Shown here one piece after another: positions 51,450 through 64,000 of a stretch of 64,000 bases of DNA (positions are counted from its first letter, which is position 1; every line of letters begins with the position of its first letter). This DNA comes from Nageia nagi (lineage: Eukaryota > Plantae > Pinophyta). The notes below the pieces were generated by a model that saw only the letters and a list, made by a program, of their open reading frames with translations, was not told where the DNA came from and did not search any database. The stretch is taken from contig JBITNC010000001.1 of assembly GCA_050084985.1 (NCBI GenBank), positions 187,798,001 to 187,862,000 of the forward strand. The letters run 5' to 3'. A program made the position numbers and the translations under genes.

Positions 51450-54400
51450 TTTGTTCAAAGAAAGAAAGTATATTAATATCCACAAGTAACCAAAAGTGGT
51501 CAATGGGACTATCAAGTACAATCAAGCTCATAGAGTCAGCAAAGCCCAAACTGAGTGATAACTAGAGGAAACCTAAAAACATTATAGATAACATAATCAA
51601 ATATCATCCTATAAAAGTCCACACCCTAAGAGGGAGGAGATACAAAACTCAGTATATCTAAAGGGACGTCGTCTTGGGCCTCCTCAAGGGGAGAGCATGG
51701 CAGTACTCTTTGCTCCAGGCAGGGGTCATGTTGATCGTTGTGGTGAACATTTTTGAAGCTACTGGTGGTCAAGAAGAAGGATGTGATATGTCCCATCCTC
51801 AACGGAGCCTGGGTACTCTAGATACGTCTCCTGATCCGACGTGGTGGTTGTGTAGGCTCATATCGATGTCTCCTACAAGCCCCTTCTGAAGGAGGAGCAC
51901 AGAAGATGTGATACGTCAAACATCAATCGATTGTTGAGCACAGGCAGAAGGCACCTCTGGAGAAGGAAAGCCTCTCCTAAATAGAAAGTCAGGAAACGTT
52001 GGTCAGGATATTGAAGGAATGTAGCTAACAAGTTGTGAGAGTCTCAGAAGAGGCAATGGTATCGACCTCGAATTTCGTAGTAGACCGAGCATCGGAAGAC
52101 GAAATGGTCCTCGGACTTAGTAGCAAGGGAGGAAAGGTGGTAAACTTGTAGATCTCTATCCATGTGGTGGCCTATTTCCACTCTCAGCTGGTGGGAGCAG
52201 ACTCAAAACTGTCCAAGGGACATCCTCAACCCAAAGGGAGATTTAAGCTGATGTATCCAAGCAGGAGGATCAGTCCCCTATCAAACTAGAGGTAGTGCCA
52301 AGCATAGTGGTCCAACTTGGGTGACAATGGCCGAGGGGGAGACACCCAAGTGGATTGAAAGAAAGCTCTATAAATAATCTCCCAAATCGTGGACAAAGAG
52401 TCTGTTGTGGTCCTAGATGAGACCTCTAGTGATAATGGTAAGCTCTTCGGAGAAAAAACAAATCTCTGAAGCAGCTCAAAAATCTCGACAAACCAACAAC
52501 GACGACAACCCTATGCAGCAAGGTCGATTGAGGAAGCTAGGGCTCTCACCAAAAGCCTAGCTATAGCTCTCTCATGTGCAGATAAATACTGGAGGTGATA
52601 GAGACAAAGGACTTTGGAAGCAAGATCCCACATCAGGAGCGACTCACAACCGAACTCTGCAAGTAAGAAAAGGTGTGGAACTCTCCTCTTAATCCGAATG
52701 AAGCGAGATAGGAAAGTGACCAAGATCCTCTCTATAGAGGTCCAATTAGTTGCTCTCAATCTGAAGCCCTAAATCTCAACCCCATACAAAGCTGCTGGTG
52801 TGACCAGGGACTGATATAACTCTAACTTAGAAGAAATGTCCTAAAAGCATAACTGGATACATTGTCTCTCTAAGACAGCTATTGTTGCATAACCTCAATG
52901 AACCCTGGGTGGTGTGGTTGTCCGCATGGAGAACCTAGGTCCAGAGAAGAGAACCCCTAGATATGTGTAGGAGGAGGTGGTCTTGATGGGGTTATCACGA
53001 AAAGTGAGCTGGGTCTGACCGAACGTGGCCTTCGAAACATTGAAAGCCACTACCTTAGTCTTGCTAAGGTTCACCGTAAGCCCTGTCTACCACTAAAAGC
53101 ATCTATTAGCTCCTGAAGGCCCTCAATTGTGTGGGAAAGCAATACAATATCGTCTATGAAGAGTAGGATGAGCACCTAGCTACCCTGAAGAAGCCAACTT
53201 GACTGAGGATCAATGGTCTCAAGGATATCGAAATCTTGCTCATCAATGTAAAGGCCAAATAAAGTTGGAGAAAGTGGGCAACCCTACTTCACCCAAATCG
53301 TACTAAGAATGTTGTTCGAGAGCCCATTTAGGGTGCGAACACATCCTGAAATAGTCTCATAAAGAGTCAAAATGGCAACTAGTCAAGTCTCTGAAGCACC
53401 CAAAATCTGCAGTCGGTTCATGAGTCTATGTTTGGGTACAATGTCAAAGGCCTTCCTAAAATAGACGAAACAATTAAAAACAGGAGATTTTCAGAATCTA
53501 GCCTCCTCAATAATTGCCATGATACTGAAGATATGGTCGGTGGTGTGGTGGTCTCTACAAAAGCCTACTTGACCTACTGCTCGAAACACTCTAGCATCAA
53601 CCATCCGAGACTCCTCCATAATCGTGGCATATAACTTGGCCAAGGTGTGACCATACTGGGTTTAAAGATGGGATGGATGATATAGGATGTCCAACAAGAA
53701 GGGAAACTTGAGCAAATGACCTCATTGAATAACTTGGAGAGAAAGGGGGGAAGGGTGTGTATTGCATGCTTGAGGAAATCGACATGCAAGTTTTCGATGT
53801 TGGGTGCTTTTCTAGGAGAAAGTTTTTGGATGGCGGAATGGATGAGGGATGGAGAGAAGAATTTTGAGGTGAGTGGGCGATGGAAGCCAATGGAAGGGGT
53901 ATAATTGAGGATGGTGTAAAGGCAAGAGGCATACTCCTTCCAATCATGAAGAGAAATGGAATTCGGAGTGTGTTTTTCGAGTAGGAAGGGGAACCAGAAT
54001 GACTTCGAATTGACATGAAGGGTGAAAATGACCTCTAATCTCCTTTTGACTAAAAAGAGAGGTTTCTTAGTCCTAAGGAGACATCGGTAAGATTGGTGGA
54101 GGGCGATGGTAGAGGAGGAGCTAGGGTCACTCACAATGGCTTGTCGAAAGCAACAATGAGAGTCTTTACAATCAAATTCAAACAAGTTATTCATCGAAAA
54201 ATGACTAGGGTAACGAGGGCATGGAGGAGGGCTAATAGTATGAAAGAAGGCCTGAAGGGTCGTTGAGCGGAGAGCATCCGCAAGAAAGAGCATTTGATCC
54301 TCAACCAAGGGGAATGAGTGCAAGCCAATGTCCTGAAAAGCATAGCTCGAAGCAGTAGGTGGAAAGTAACATCCAGCAAAAAAGATACTCTCTTAAGGGG

Positions 54401-54567
54401 TGGGGCCTGTGCTAGAGAGATCCAGATAAAGCGCGTGTGGGTGTCAATACCCTCCACGTGAAACCTCGATAGAAGCCAATCACTGATCAAATTAGTCTCC
54501 TGAATTACATCAAGGACCACAACATACCATTGCAATTCCAAACTACGACTGAGAGCTCTCGGGGAGC
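51450..54567 (-). mobile_element. 5'-truncated, decayed LINE (APE-RT non-LTR retrotransposon; clade uncertain)
   Basis: ORF 53574..54323 SPRKAPNIENLHVDFLKH..LSKLFNEV..FPSCWTSYIIHPIFK (RT domain 0/1); VK*GCPLSPTLFGLYIDE (~53240-53295); LLFIDDIVLLS (FIDD at 53149-53160). Short (CTTT)n-like tail at ~51457-51468; possible 8-bp TSD ATCTTAAA at 51442-51449 and 54568-54575. Confidence 0.85.
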
Positions 54568-54575
54568 ATCTTAAA

Positions 54576-57500
54576 AAACAAAGGAAAGACAGTCATTTGT
54601 TTTTTCAATTATTATTTATAATGTTAGTGTTGTTAATGTTGTATGCAATTGATGTGAATTTGCTAAGAACTGTATAAATTGGCTGAAGTATATAATTTTC
54701 TGGTTCCAGAGTCTGCATTGCATTTTCATTGGTTTTATTTTTTTGTCAATTCCAAAACTCATTGGTAGCAGTATTTAATGATAGTATCTATCATTAGTAT
54801 CTAATGTACCAAGACTCAACAAATCTTGAAAAAGTTCTCTGTCTTGGTCTAGTCAAGACTAACAAGTCCTAACGATTGGATTCACAAATACAACAAGTCT
54901 TAACTCTGAGAATTGTCAAGTCTATACGAGTCCAAAAAGTTAAAAAACACAAGAAAACACCAAAGTTGGAAAGTGTTGGGCCGCTTTTCTTTCCTACCTT
55001 GCAAATAAGCAAGTTGGCTTCCAAGGCTTGTGGAAGACACCAACACCTAGGTGTAATGGCGTGACCCCTACCTGCTATGAGGACTCCAACCTCAAAGGTC
55101 TCGTGAAATGGGTGTGCGAGAATTGACTCAAGAGACTGGCTAGGATGTTTGAAGGTGACACCAACTCAAATAAAATTTGTTAATCAAGGACTCGGATTGT
55201 GTTCGTATCTAGAAAGGTAAATAAAATAGGGGTTGCGAAACCCACGGAAAAAAAAGTGTAAAATCAAAGAAAATAGGAGGGAAGATTGAGATGGCTAAAA
55301 GGGCATGAGTTCAGCTCTTTGCATCGAGCTCCACTGACAAGCACAGTGTCTAAAGGCTAAGTTCCATTGGGTTTCTTGTGAGTTCCATGCACCAACACAT
55401 CCTTTCATTCTAGCCATACTACACGAAGGGTCTAGAAGAAGGATTCATCCACTTGTGGTAGCCAACCACACAAATGGTCTACCAAAGGGAGCATGCGTCT
55501 AAGGGGACAAGGATGACACTTTCAAGGTGGATGAAGTTCACACGCTAAAAGTCATAAAGGAACCCACCTTCAACGTTCTACAAGTCAAGTTGCATATTAT
55601 GAACAATCATCAACTATGCATCATGTTCAACACTTCAAAAGATATTCATTGTTCAACTACTCTTTCACCCACCCCTTAAGAGGTTTGTGAAATGCTTAAA
55701 GTATCTCAAGTAACACATATCAATGAATAACATCACATGTCCAAGTTCATAATACCATAAAATCGAGTTGTGCAATTTTCATTTCAAAGATCATGCCACA
55801 TTCACAATGGACAAGTGTGAAATAGAAATAATTACAGTACTCGTCTAGTTGCAAAATGTTCAAAGTTCCATTCTCAAATTTTCCTCCCTTCGCAAATGAG
55901 CATTCAATGGGTATAAATAGTTTTCATGGCAACCCTAAGTGTTTCCCTAACCCTAATGCACATTTAAATAAAATTCACCTAAATTATTCCTAATTAGCAA
56001 TGGTCCAATAAACACATGTCACATGATGATACAAGATTGAGTCCGCACTTGTGGGAGGAAATCCTCATCCATCACAAGGCTTTAACAGAAATGTATATGC
56101 ATAAAATAAAATTAAAAATATTACATTAAATATGTAACAACTTCCATCACCTAGTGTACGTAAGTCCCTCTGCAACACTCGGTTCGAAACCTTCATCTTT
56201 CACATGTTGGGGATGTCCTTGTTCCTAAATTCGCCTTCTAACATGAACTTGGACCTGGAAGCCTGGCGTGGGTGTCCAAAGAGTCAAAGAAGTTGTCTTG
56301 TCTCAATCATATGCTGAGCAAGTGAGATATAGGGCTGGCACAGGTCATGAGAGAGTCAAGAAGGTTGTCTAGGCATGGGCTTGCACCTAGGAAGACTAGG
56401 AAAGCTTGGCGCAAGTGTGAGAGGAGTCATGGTGCTTGTCTTGCTGCCCACTTGCGCCCAAGATGATGGACCGGAAGCCCAAGTCAAGTCCAAAGGAGGA
56501 CATCACTAGTGTCTGGGCCCAAATTTGCGCCTAAATGGGAAAGTGTTAGCTAGCGTGAGTCCAAAAGGGGTCATTATGTGTGTCTTGGCTTGCATATGCG
56601 CTGGAGAAATGCCTTTAAGCTTGGCGCAAGTCCTCTAAGGGTCATGAAGGTTGTCTCTATCCAGACTTGGGCCTAAGGAAGAAATGCTCTATATGTAGCC
56701 AAAATTTGCCTCCGTTGCCTGATTTTGTCTTTTGGAGGGTCTGGAGTGCTGGCACAAGTCTATTGGAGGTCACCACCATTGTCTTAGTATGATTTACGCC
56801 TGGAAGAGGTGACTGACTTGGGGGAGATCCGAAGTGAGACAAGAACCTTGTCTCCTTTCACGAATGCGCCCAACTGGCGCGAGGGAGATCCAAAGTGAGA
56901 CAAGAATCCTGTCTCCCCTCACATTTGCACCTAGGATCAGAGATGTTGCCATGCGTGGTACTTAGCCATTTTTGCTTCCTTGGTCATTTGAGATCTTTGG
57001 GAGGATAGCACAAATCTTCGAGGGGACATGGATGTTCTCTCCCCGAGAGGATGCTTCTGAATGATCTGGGCCAAGCTTTGGCCTTGTTGTTTGAAATTCT
57101 CTTATAAGGCTCTTATAAGGTTGGCACAAGTCTAAGGAGAGTCAAGAAAGTTTTCTTAAGTCACACTTGCGCCAGAAAGGTATGCATGATTCGGGCACAC
57201 ATCTTGGAGGAGACAAGAGGTTTGTCCCTTATCACACTTGCACTGGGGTGTAGGAGGGATTTTCGGGCATGGGACTTAGCCAATTTCGCCCCTTTTCATT
57301 GGTATGAGTCTTTGGGATGCCACGCAAGTCATGGATGAGTCAAAGAGGTTGTCTCAATCCACATCTACGCCCAAAAGGGGAAGGACAAGCCCAGCACAAG
57401 TCTCATTGAGGTCACAGAGTTTGTCTCCCTTCCGACTTGCGCCAAGGCAAGAGATGTTCCATACTTAGTCAATTTTGGCTTGTGTTGCGTGAAATGATCA

Positions 57501-60500
57501 TCTGGAACTCTCAAAGTTTGGCCCAAGTTTTGGAGGGAACGTGGATGTTGTCTCCTCAAGGATGTGCACTTAGCAATGCCTTAACCGAAATTCCAGCCCG
57601 TTGCCACTAGAAGCTTAATCCTTTTCACTAGTTTTGGTCTCCAACACCTCTCAATTTGAACACACCATCAGCTGGGTCAATCCTGCTATGAGACTACTTG
57701 TTACCAAAATTTGAGCGTCTCCAAATTTGCTAAAAAATTTGGGGCATGCTGTGGAAGCCACAACAATAGCTAAAACAAAAACAAAACAAAACAAAGTTAG
57801 AAAATAAAAATCTGAATGCACAGCAACATGCGTCGTCCTTAGAGTATGAGCCTTTGTCAACATGTCACTCACAGTTGCATTATCGATTTCATTCTAGTGA
57901 GTGAACTCTCACTAATCATTCAAATGACCATCGGGACACCTGCATTATTGGTCCAGGTCCGAGAACATTATATTCACCCAAAGTTTATGTTCCAACTATA
58001 ATCTCTGGGGAAAAGTACAACTAGTCCCTGAGCTCGATCACTCTCATGACGAGTCCCAACGGATAGGATACAACGTTGTCAAAACTTTTTTTTTATCTAC
58101 CCTAATCTATCATATACACTAAACTACCATACAAAAATCCCTTTTATTCTAGGGTCAATAATCATGTTTCGGTTCTCACTTGAATTAGTAGAATGTATAC
58201 TTCCATCCCCGTGTAATAGGCTCCTAGGATAGATGAGAAACTATAGTGGAAGTGTTACATATGCCCATGAGAAGACACCATATGCATATGGGGGATCAAT
58301 CTTTATGAAAATCCTTTTTCTAAATTGATATGAGCCTTTGACAAATAAGAGCAACGAATTCCCATTGGTGGCCATCTCACCGTGTAGGATGCCACCTATC
58401 TTTTCTTGTGAAAGTATACCATTCTTATTAATGACCACCATTTGACCTCGAATCTCACCATCTACAACCTCTTCATAGCCAAAAGATGGAAACTATGAGC
58501 ACTTGGACATAAGGATAGTAGGCATATAAGGTTGATACCATCTACAGTCAAGCTCGGGATCTGTTACCATTTCAGGTTGTCTTGCCACCAATTCAAGAAC
58601 TTCTATCACCAACTCAGGCTCTACCAATGCGTGCTTTGACTTTGTCTCCATTGTTGTGTCTCATTAGCATCTTTGCGTACCACTCCTTGTGCATGAACAT
58701 CAAGAGCTTTCCTAATATCTTGATGTGTTAATTCTAGTACCTAAATGAACAAGAATTCTTTTATGTCATCAAACTCCAAGCCAAAGGGCTCACCCATGAG
58801 AGGTTTTGATTTTATTGTGCCTTGGGCTTCCTCCCTTAGTAGCAACGAATATTTGCTATGGATGGTTCCAATGTCTTGGAGTTGCCCTTCATCCTGGCAT
58901 GCGGGATTATCCTCCAAAAGCATACGATGGGGCTAGCATCAAAGGTTTGGTTCCAAACTTGGCTCATCCTCACCACTGCTGCCATCCAACTGGACTTGAC
59001 TTGGTTGAACATCGTAGCATGAGTCCTCAGGTGTCTGACCAAGCAAAGCCTCCATAAAGTTCAGATTGAGATGGCTAAAAGGACATGAGTTCAGCTCTTT
59101 GCATCAAGCTCCACCGACAAGCACAGTGTCTAAAGGCTAAGTTCCTTCGGGTTTCTTGTGAGATCCACGCACCCACAAATCCTTTCGTTCTAGCCAGACT
59201 ACATGAAAGGTCTAGAAGAAGGATTCATCCACTTGCAGTAGCCAACCACACGAATGGTCTACCAAAGGGAGCATGTGTCTAAGGCGACAAGGATGACACT
59301 TTCAATGTGGATGAAGTTCACACACTAAATGTCATAAAGGAACCCACCTTCAACGTTATACAAGTCTAATTGCACATTATGAACAATTATCAACTATGCA
59401 TCATGTTCAACACTTCAAAAGATATTCAACTACTCTTCACCCACCCCTTAAGAGGTTTGCGAAATGCTTCAAGTATCTCAACTAACACAAATCAATAACT
59501 AAGATCACATGTCCAAGTTCATAATACCATAAAATGGAGTTGTGCAATTTTCATTTCAAAGATCATGCCACATTCACAATGGACAAGTGCGAAAGAGAAA
59601 GAATTACAATACTCGTCTAGTTGCAAAATATTCAAAATTCCATTCTCAAAATTTCCTCCCCTCACAAATGAGCATTCAAGGGGTATAAATAGTTTCCGTG
59701 GCAACCCTAAGTTTTAACCTGACCCTAATGCAAATTTAAATAAAATTCACCTAAATTAACCCTTATTAACAATGGTTCAATCAACACGCATCGCATGGTG
59801 CTACAAGATTGAGTCCGCACTTGTGGGAGCAAACCTCATCCATCACAAGGCTTTAAAAGAAATATATAAGCATAAAATAAAATTAAAAATATTGCATTCA
59901 AGATGAACCGACTTCCATCAACTAGTCTTTGTGAGTCCCTCTGCAACACTCAGTTCGGAACCTTCACCTTTCGCCTGTTGGGGATGTCCTTATTCCTAAA
60001 CTCACCTTCAAACATGAACTTGGACCTGGAAGCCTCGCGTGGGTGTCCAAAGAGTCAAAGAAGTTGTCTTGTCTCAATCATATGCCGACCAAGTGAGATA
60101 CAAGGCTGCGCAGGTCATGAGAGAGTCAAGAAGGTTGTTTAGGAAGACAAGGAAAGCTTGGCGCAAGTGTGAGAGGAGTCATGATGCTTTTCTTGCTGCC
60201 CACTTGTGCCCAAGATGATGGAATGGAAGCCCAGCACAAATCCAGAGGAGGACATCACTGGTGTCTAGGCCCACATTTGTGCCTGAATGGGAAAGTGCCA
60301 GCCCAACGTGAGTCTACAAGGGGTCATCATGTGTGTCTTGACTTGCATATGCATTGGAGAAATGCCTTTAAGATTGGTGCAAATTCTCCGGGGGTCATGA
60401 AGGTTGTCTCTATCAAGACTTGGGCCTAAGGAAGAAATACTCTATACTTAGCCAAAATTTGCCTCCATTGCCTGAAATTGTCTTTTGGAGGGTTTGGATT

Positions 60501-62110
60501 GTTGGCACAAGTCTACTAGAGATCAACAACCTTGTCTTAGTCTGGATTTGCACCTGGAAGAGGAGATTGACTTGGGGGAGAACCGAAGTGAGATAAGAAC
60601 CTTGTCTCCTATCACGAATGCACCCAACTAGCTTGGGGGAGATCCGAAGTGAGACAAGAATCTTGTCTCCCCTCACATTTGCGCTTAGGCTCTTGGAAGT
60701 TGCCATGCATGGTACTCAGCCATTTTTGCTTCCTTGGTCACCTATATTGGTCATTTGAGATCTCTGGGAGGTTAGCGCAAATCTTGGAGGGGACATGGAT
60801 GTTCTCTCCTCGAGAGGATGCTTCTAAATGGGACCTGGGCCACGCTTTGTCCTTGTTGTTTGAAATTCTCTTCCGAGGCTCTTAAAAGGTTGGCACAAGT
60901 CCAAGGAGAGTCAAGAAAGTTGTCTTAGCTCACACTTGTGCCAGGAAGGTATGCATGATTCAGGCATACATCTTGGAGGAGAAAAGAGGTTTGTCTCTTG
61001 TCACACTTGCGTTGGCGTGCAGGAGGGATTTTCGGGCATGGGACTTAGCCAATTTCGCCCCTTTTCATTGGTATGAGTCTTTGGGATGCCACGCAGGTCA
61101 TGGATGAGTCAAAGAGGTTGTCTCGGTCCACATCTATGCCCAAAAGGGGAAGGACAAGCCTAGCACAAGTCTCACTGGGGTCACATAGTTTGTCTCCCTT
61201 CCAACTTGCACCAAGGCAAGAGATGTTCCATACTTAGTTAATTTTGACCTGAGTTGCGTGAAATGATCATCTAGAACTCTCAAAAGTTTGGCCCAAGTTT
61301 TGGAGGGAACGTGGGTGTTGTCTCCTCAAGGATGTGCACTTGGCAATGCCTTAACCAAAATTCCAGCCCGTTGCCACCAAAAGCTTAATTTTGTTCATTT
61401 CACTAGTTTTGGTCTCCAGCGCCTCTTGGTCTAAACACATCATCAGCTAGGTCGGTTCCTACTGTGAGACTCCTTGTTGCGAAAATTTGAGGGTCCCCAA
61501 ATTTGCTAAAAAATTTGGGGCATGCTGTGGAAACCACAACAGAAAGAAAACTATACACATTTCAAACCTTTTTTGTGTAGTTTTTCAGTTATAAATTTCA
61601 TTGTGTCAAATTTGCTAATTTTGTATATCATTGATGTGAACTTGCCAAGGAAATCAGTAAGTTTTTGCAGAATCTGATTATCATTAGTTACAATATTTAG
61701 TGGAATCACCTAACATTCCTACCATTGTATTGAGACCATGTAATCCTTGAAAAGGCTCCCCAAGTGATGGTCAAGTCAAGGTTAGTCCAGACGACTAGAC
61801 TTGCCAGTTTGTCAAGTTTTTTAGTTGCTGAGTCTATCTCACTCCAGCAGGTTTAAAAACAAAAGAGAACACTAAAAATATGGGAAAAATCAAAAACTAT
61901 GTATGCCAAAATTTTGTTGTGTAGTGTTTTTGGTTATCATTTATAATGTCAATTTTGTTGATGATCTATGTTATTAACGTGAATTTGTTGAAAACTATAT
62001 ATATTGGCTAAACCACATGCATTTTTGTTTGTCAAGCCTATACCTAGGTTTCATTGAGTTTTCTTGCTGAATCTGAGTTTCAGCATTAGTTCAAGATGAT
62101 TAATGGTTAA
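54576..62110. repeat. Old degenerate ~350-400-bp tandem repeat (54576-54973 and 61547-62110) split by the LTR element
   Basis: Related motifs TTGATGTGAATTTGCTAAGAA (~54650), TTGATGTGAACTTGCCAAGGA (~61631) and TTAACGTGAATTTGTTGAAAA (~61975), each with similar flanks; a related piece lies at ~51410-51445. Confidence 0.55.
54974..61541 (-). mobile_element. 6.6-kb internally deleted LTR retrotransposon with ~2.8-kb LTRs
   Basis: TSD GAAAG at 54969-54973 and 61542-61546; ends TGTTGGG...CACAACA. Direct repeats 54974-57765 and 59063-61541 (the second lacks the first 309 bp). 1.3-kb internal remnant has no gag/pol motifs. Strand inferred, not certain. Confidence 0.9.
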
Positions 62111-62501
62111 GCTTCTAATTACCACCAGATACGGACATACACAACAAACTTTATTTCAAATTCTAATAGAAAATTTACACTCGAAAAGATGATATATATA
62201 TCACTTGAAGAAAGATGTTATCCATATCCTTCACACACAACACTTCTAATTCCAATTAGATACTGCCTGAAGTTTTATTCAAACTCAAAGTCATGTCTCT
62301 TCGATCTTCTCAGCAATCTTTTCAACACTAGAAATATTTCATTCATTATGTCTGAAAATCTAATTGGTAGTCATGTGTATCCAATTCTGAAATTTTCAAA
62401 CTTGTCAATTCCATTCTTAAGACAATGTCGATGAAATGCTTTGATCTACATGGATATACCCTGTTTGAAAGATTATACAAAGGAATTGAGAGAATACAAA
62501 C

Positions 62502-62735
62502 CTCTATCGGATATCTACGGAAGGCAGGTTCAAAACGACTTTTGCAGAATGTGTGAAACCATATTGTAAGTATTGGCAGAGCAATAAGTGCAGGTGTCAG
62601 CTGGGCCGCTGCTGTTGTACTCAGCAAGCCCAGCAGTAGAACCTGTGATATGACTAAGCCAGCAATTATACGAGAATGAACAAAGGGCCAAAACGCTGCT
62701 GCACTTTCATATTCTTGGTTATATACATTAATTAC
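62502..62735 (-). CDS. OSCA1: Penultimate coding exon (78 aa) of the OSCA1/CSC1-type channel; upstream exons lie beyond 64000
   Basis: VINVYNQEYESAAAFWPFVHSRIIAGLVISQVLLLGLLST...ALPILTIWFHTFCKSRFEPAFRRYPIE matches the last OSCA1 TM helices. Acceptor TTTCAG|GTA at 62736-62741; donor GAG|GTTTGT at 62501. 234 bp, phase 0 on both sides, intact frame. Confidence 0.95.
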
Positions 62736-63581
62736 CTGAAACATGAAAACTGTAACTGCTGAGCTTTCAAGAGTTAATTCGCATGGTCCAAGAATGTAAT
62801 TACTTGAAAATGAATAACTCAAAAAATATAAGATGCCTTGTAACATTATCTGTGCTCGGACTTAAAGATCTTGATTCCACAGAATATTTAATAGAACTGG
62901 ATAAGGGTTATTTATTGCTAGATTTGGCAACTCATATAATCACTTTCATGATATCAACAAGTCACACAGGATTGTTTTTGTGACCTAATAAATGTGAAAG
63001 AAACATTAATTCATAAAGGATTAAAATAAGGTACATAATGAACATTAACAACCCAAAGGAGAAGCCTGATCCAAATTACGGATCTTGTTCAAACATATAT
63101 ATTAATAATGATAATGCACTCTGTCTATTGTTATTATTGTTAATACATGGTTTCAAACTTAACTGAATACTAAAGAGTATTGTTAGATACAGTCATACTC
63201 ATTGAAGTCAAACATCCTTGCTTCAGAACAGATATATAAATAATCCCTAATACGTCTTAAAATTATGATAGATAAGATCATTTTATTAATGTTCATAGAG
63301 GTGGCTTCAAAAGAAGTACACCAATTCATACTAGAGGAAACTAAATTATGCAAGATCTCAGAAGAGAGGGTGGACCCAGACATGGATGAAATCCTCAATA
63401 CATCAAAAGTACCAAAGTGAAGGAATCAACAACCTAGGGGGAGAAGCTCAACCTAGGAGCTAAGATGTCAGCTCTAATTTGTAATGGAATGCAAAGTAGA
63501 AACAAAGCCATCATCATCACCAATTATCTCGACAAAGCAAAAAACAGGATCTAATGAGATTCCTAGGAGAATGACCAAGAC

Positions 63582-63722
63582 CATAGTTATCAGACTTGGA
63601 CTCAGCAAGGTCCCCTCGGGGCTCAGGAAAAAAAACAACTGGACTCGGCAAAAAAAAAATCAAACTCAGCCAAACTTGGCTAGACTTGCCAAAACTCGGT
63701 CAGACTTGCTGTAACTCGGTTA
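63582..63722. repeat. Short ACTCGG/ACTTGG-rich subterminal-repeat fragment, possibly the end of a non-autonomous hAT-like DNA transposon
   Basis: CATAGTTATCAGACTTGG followed by about eight ACTCGG/ACTCAG/ACTTGG-type motifs within 140 bp; no second terminus or TSD found. Confidence 0.35.
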
Positions 63723-64000
63723 ATCATAGGGGACATCGGATCCAACGCCAAAAACTCTCCTACCATCCATTGTCAATGAATCAGTAATGTGTGGTTATTT
63801 GCAACTCTTGGACAAGTGAGGACTGACCAACACCTGACACCAAAGGGAAATAGCCCTAGAAGCCACTATTGTGGGTGGATAAGGTCACACAAAACTAACA
63901 TTGTTGTTCTTTAAGGTTGTAGTCTCTACTGAATATTTATTACTTCTCGTAGAAGGGATTTGGGTGAAAGAATAAAGTAATTGCTCAAATGGTTATCAAT

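Larger units (their letters stand above)
35176..62501 (-). other. 27,326-bp phase-0 GT-AG intron of the OSCA1-like gene
   Basis: Joining gives ...RYPIE|EATIKD..., the same junction position as YPLQ|EAMMKD in angiosperm OSCA1 genes (recalled). No intervening OSCA coding sequence seen. Confidence 0.85.

Noticed and set aside
62736-62846. N-terminal extensions of ORFs 62346..62846 and 34933..35244 as coding sequence
   Set aside because: They are read-through into intron sequence beyond clear TTTCAG acceptors; OSCA similarity starts exactly at the splice sites.

Overview
Eukaryotic, AT-rich, repeat-dominated DNA. The TE families and giant intron suggest a large-genome plant, probably a gymnosperm/conifer (inference). 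The only host gene is the 3' end of a minus-strand OSCA1/CSC1-type mechanosensitive Ca2+-permeable channel. Its last two coding exons (62502-62735 and 34933-35175) are separated by a 27,326-bp phase-0 GT-AG intron. Downstream of the gene (1-34 kb) lie heavily decayed, nested Ty3/gypsy elements: a CRM-like chromovirus (~5013-24570) contains a pol-less Tat/Ogre-like element with an antisense, apparently spliced plant-mobile-domain gene (5133-12446), and an unusual 5.5-kb insertion (15066-20550) with ~2-kb terminal INVERTED repeats, TG..CA ends and a perfect 5-bp TSD. The intron holds a 12.1-kb TG..CA element with a 5-bp TSD that reconstructs to a ~7.4-kb LTR-like unit carrying a ~1000-codon ORF of unknown function; a nested antisense copy creates a ~3.5-kb inverted repeat. 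The intron also holds a truncated LINE and a 6.6-kb internally deleted LTR element. All boundaries were read by eye; similarity statements are estimates and no database search was possible.
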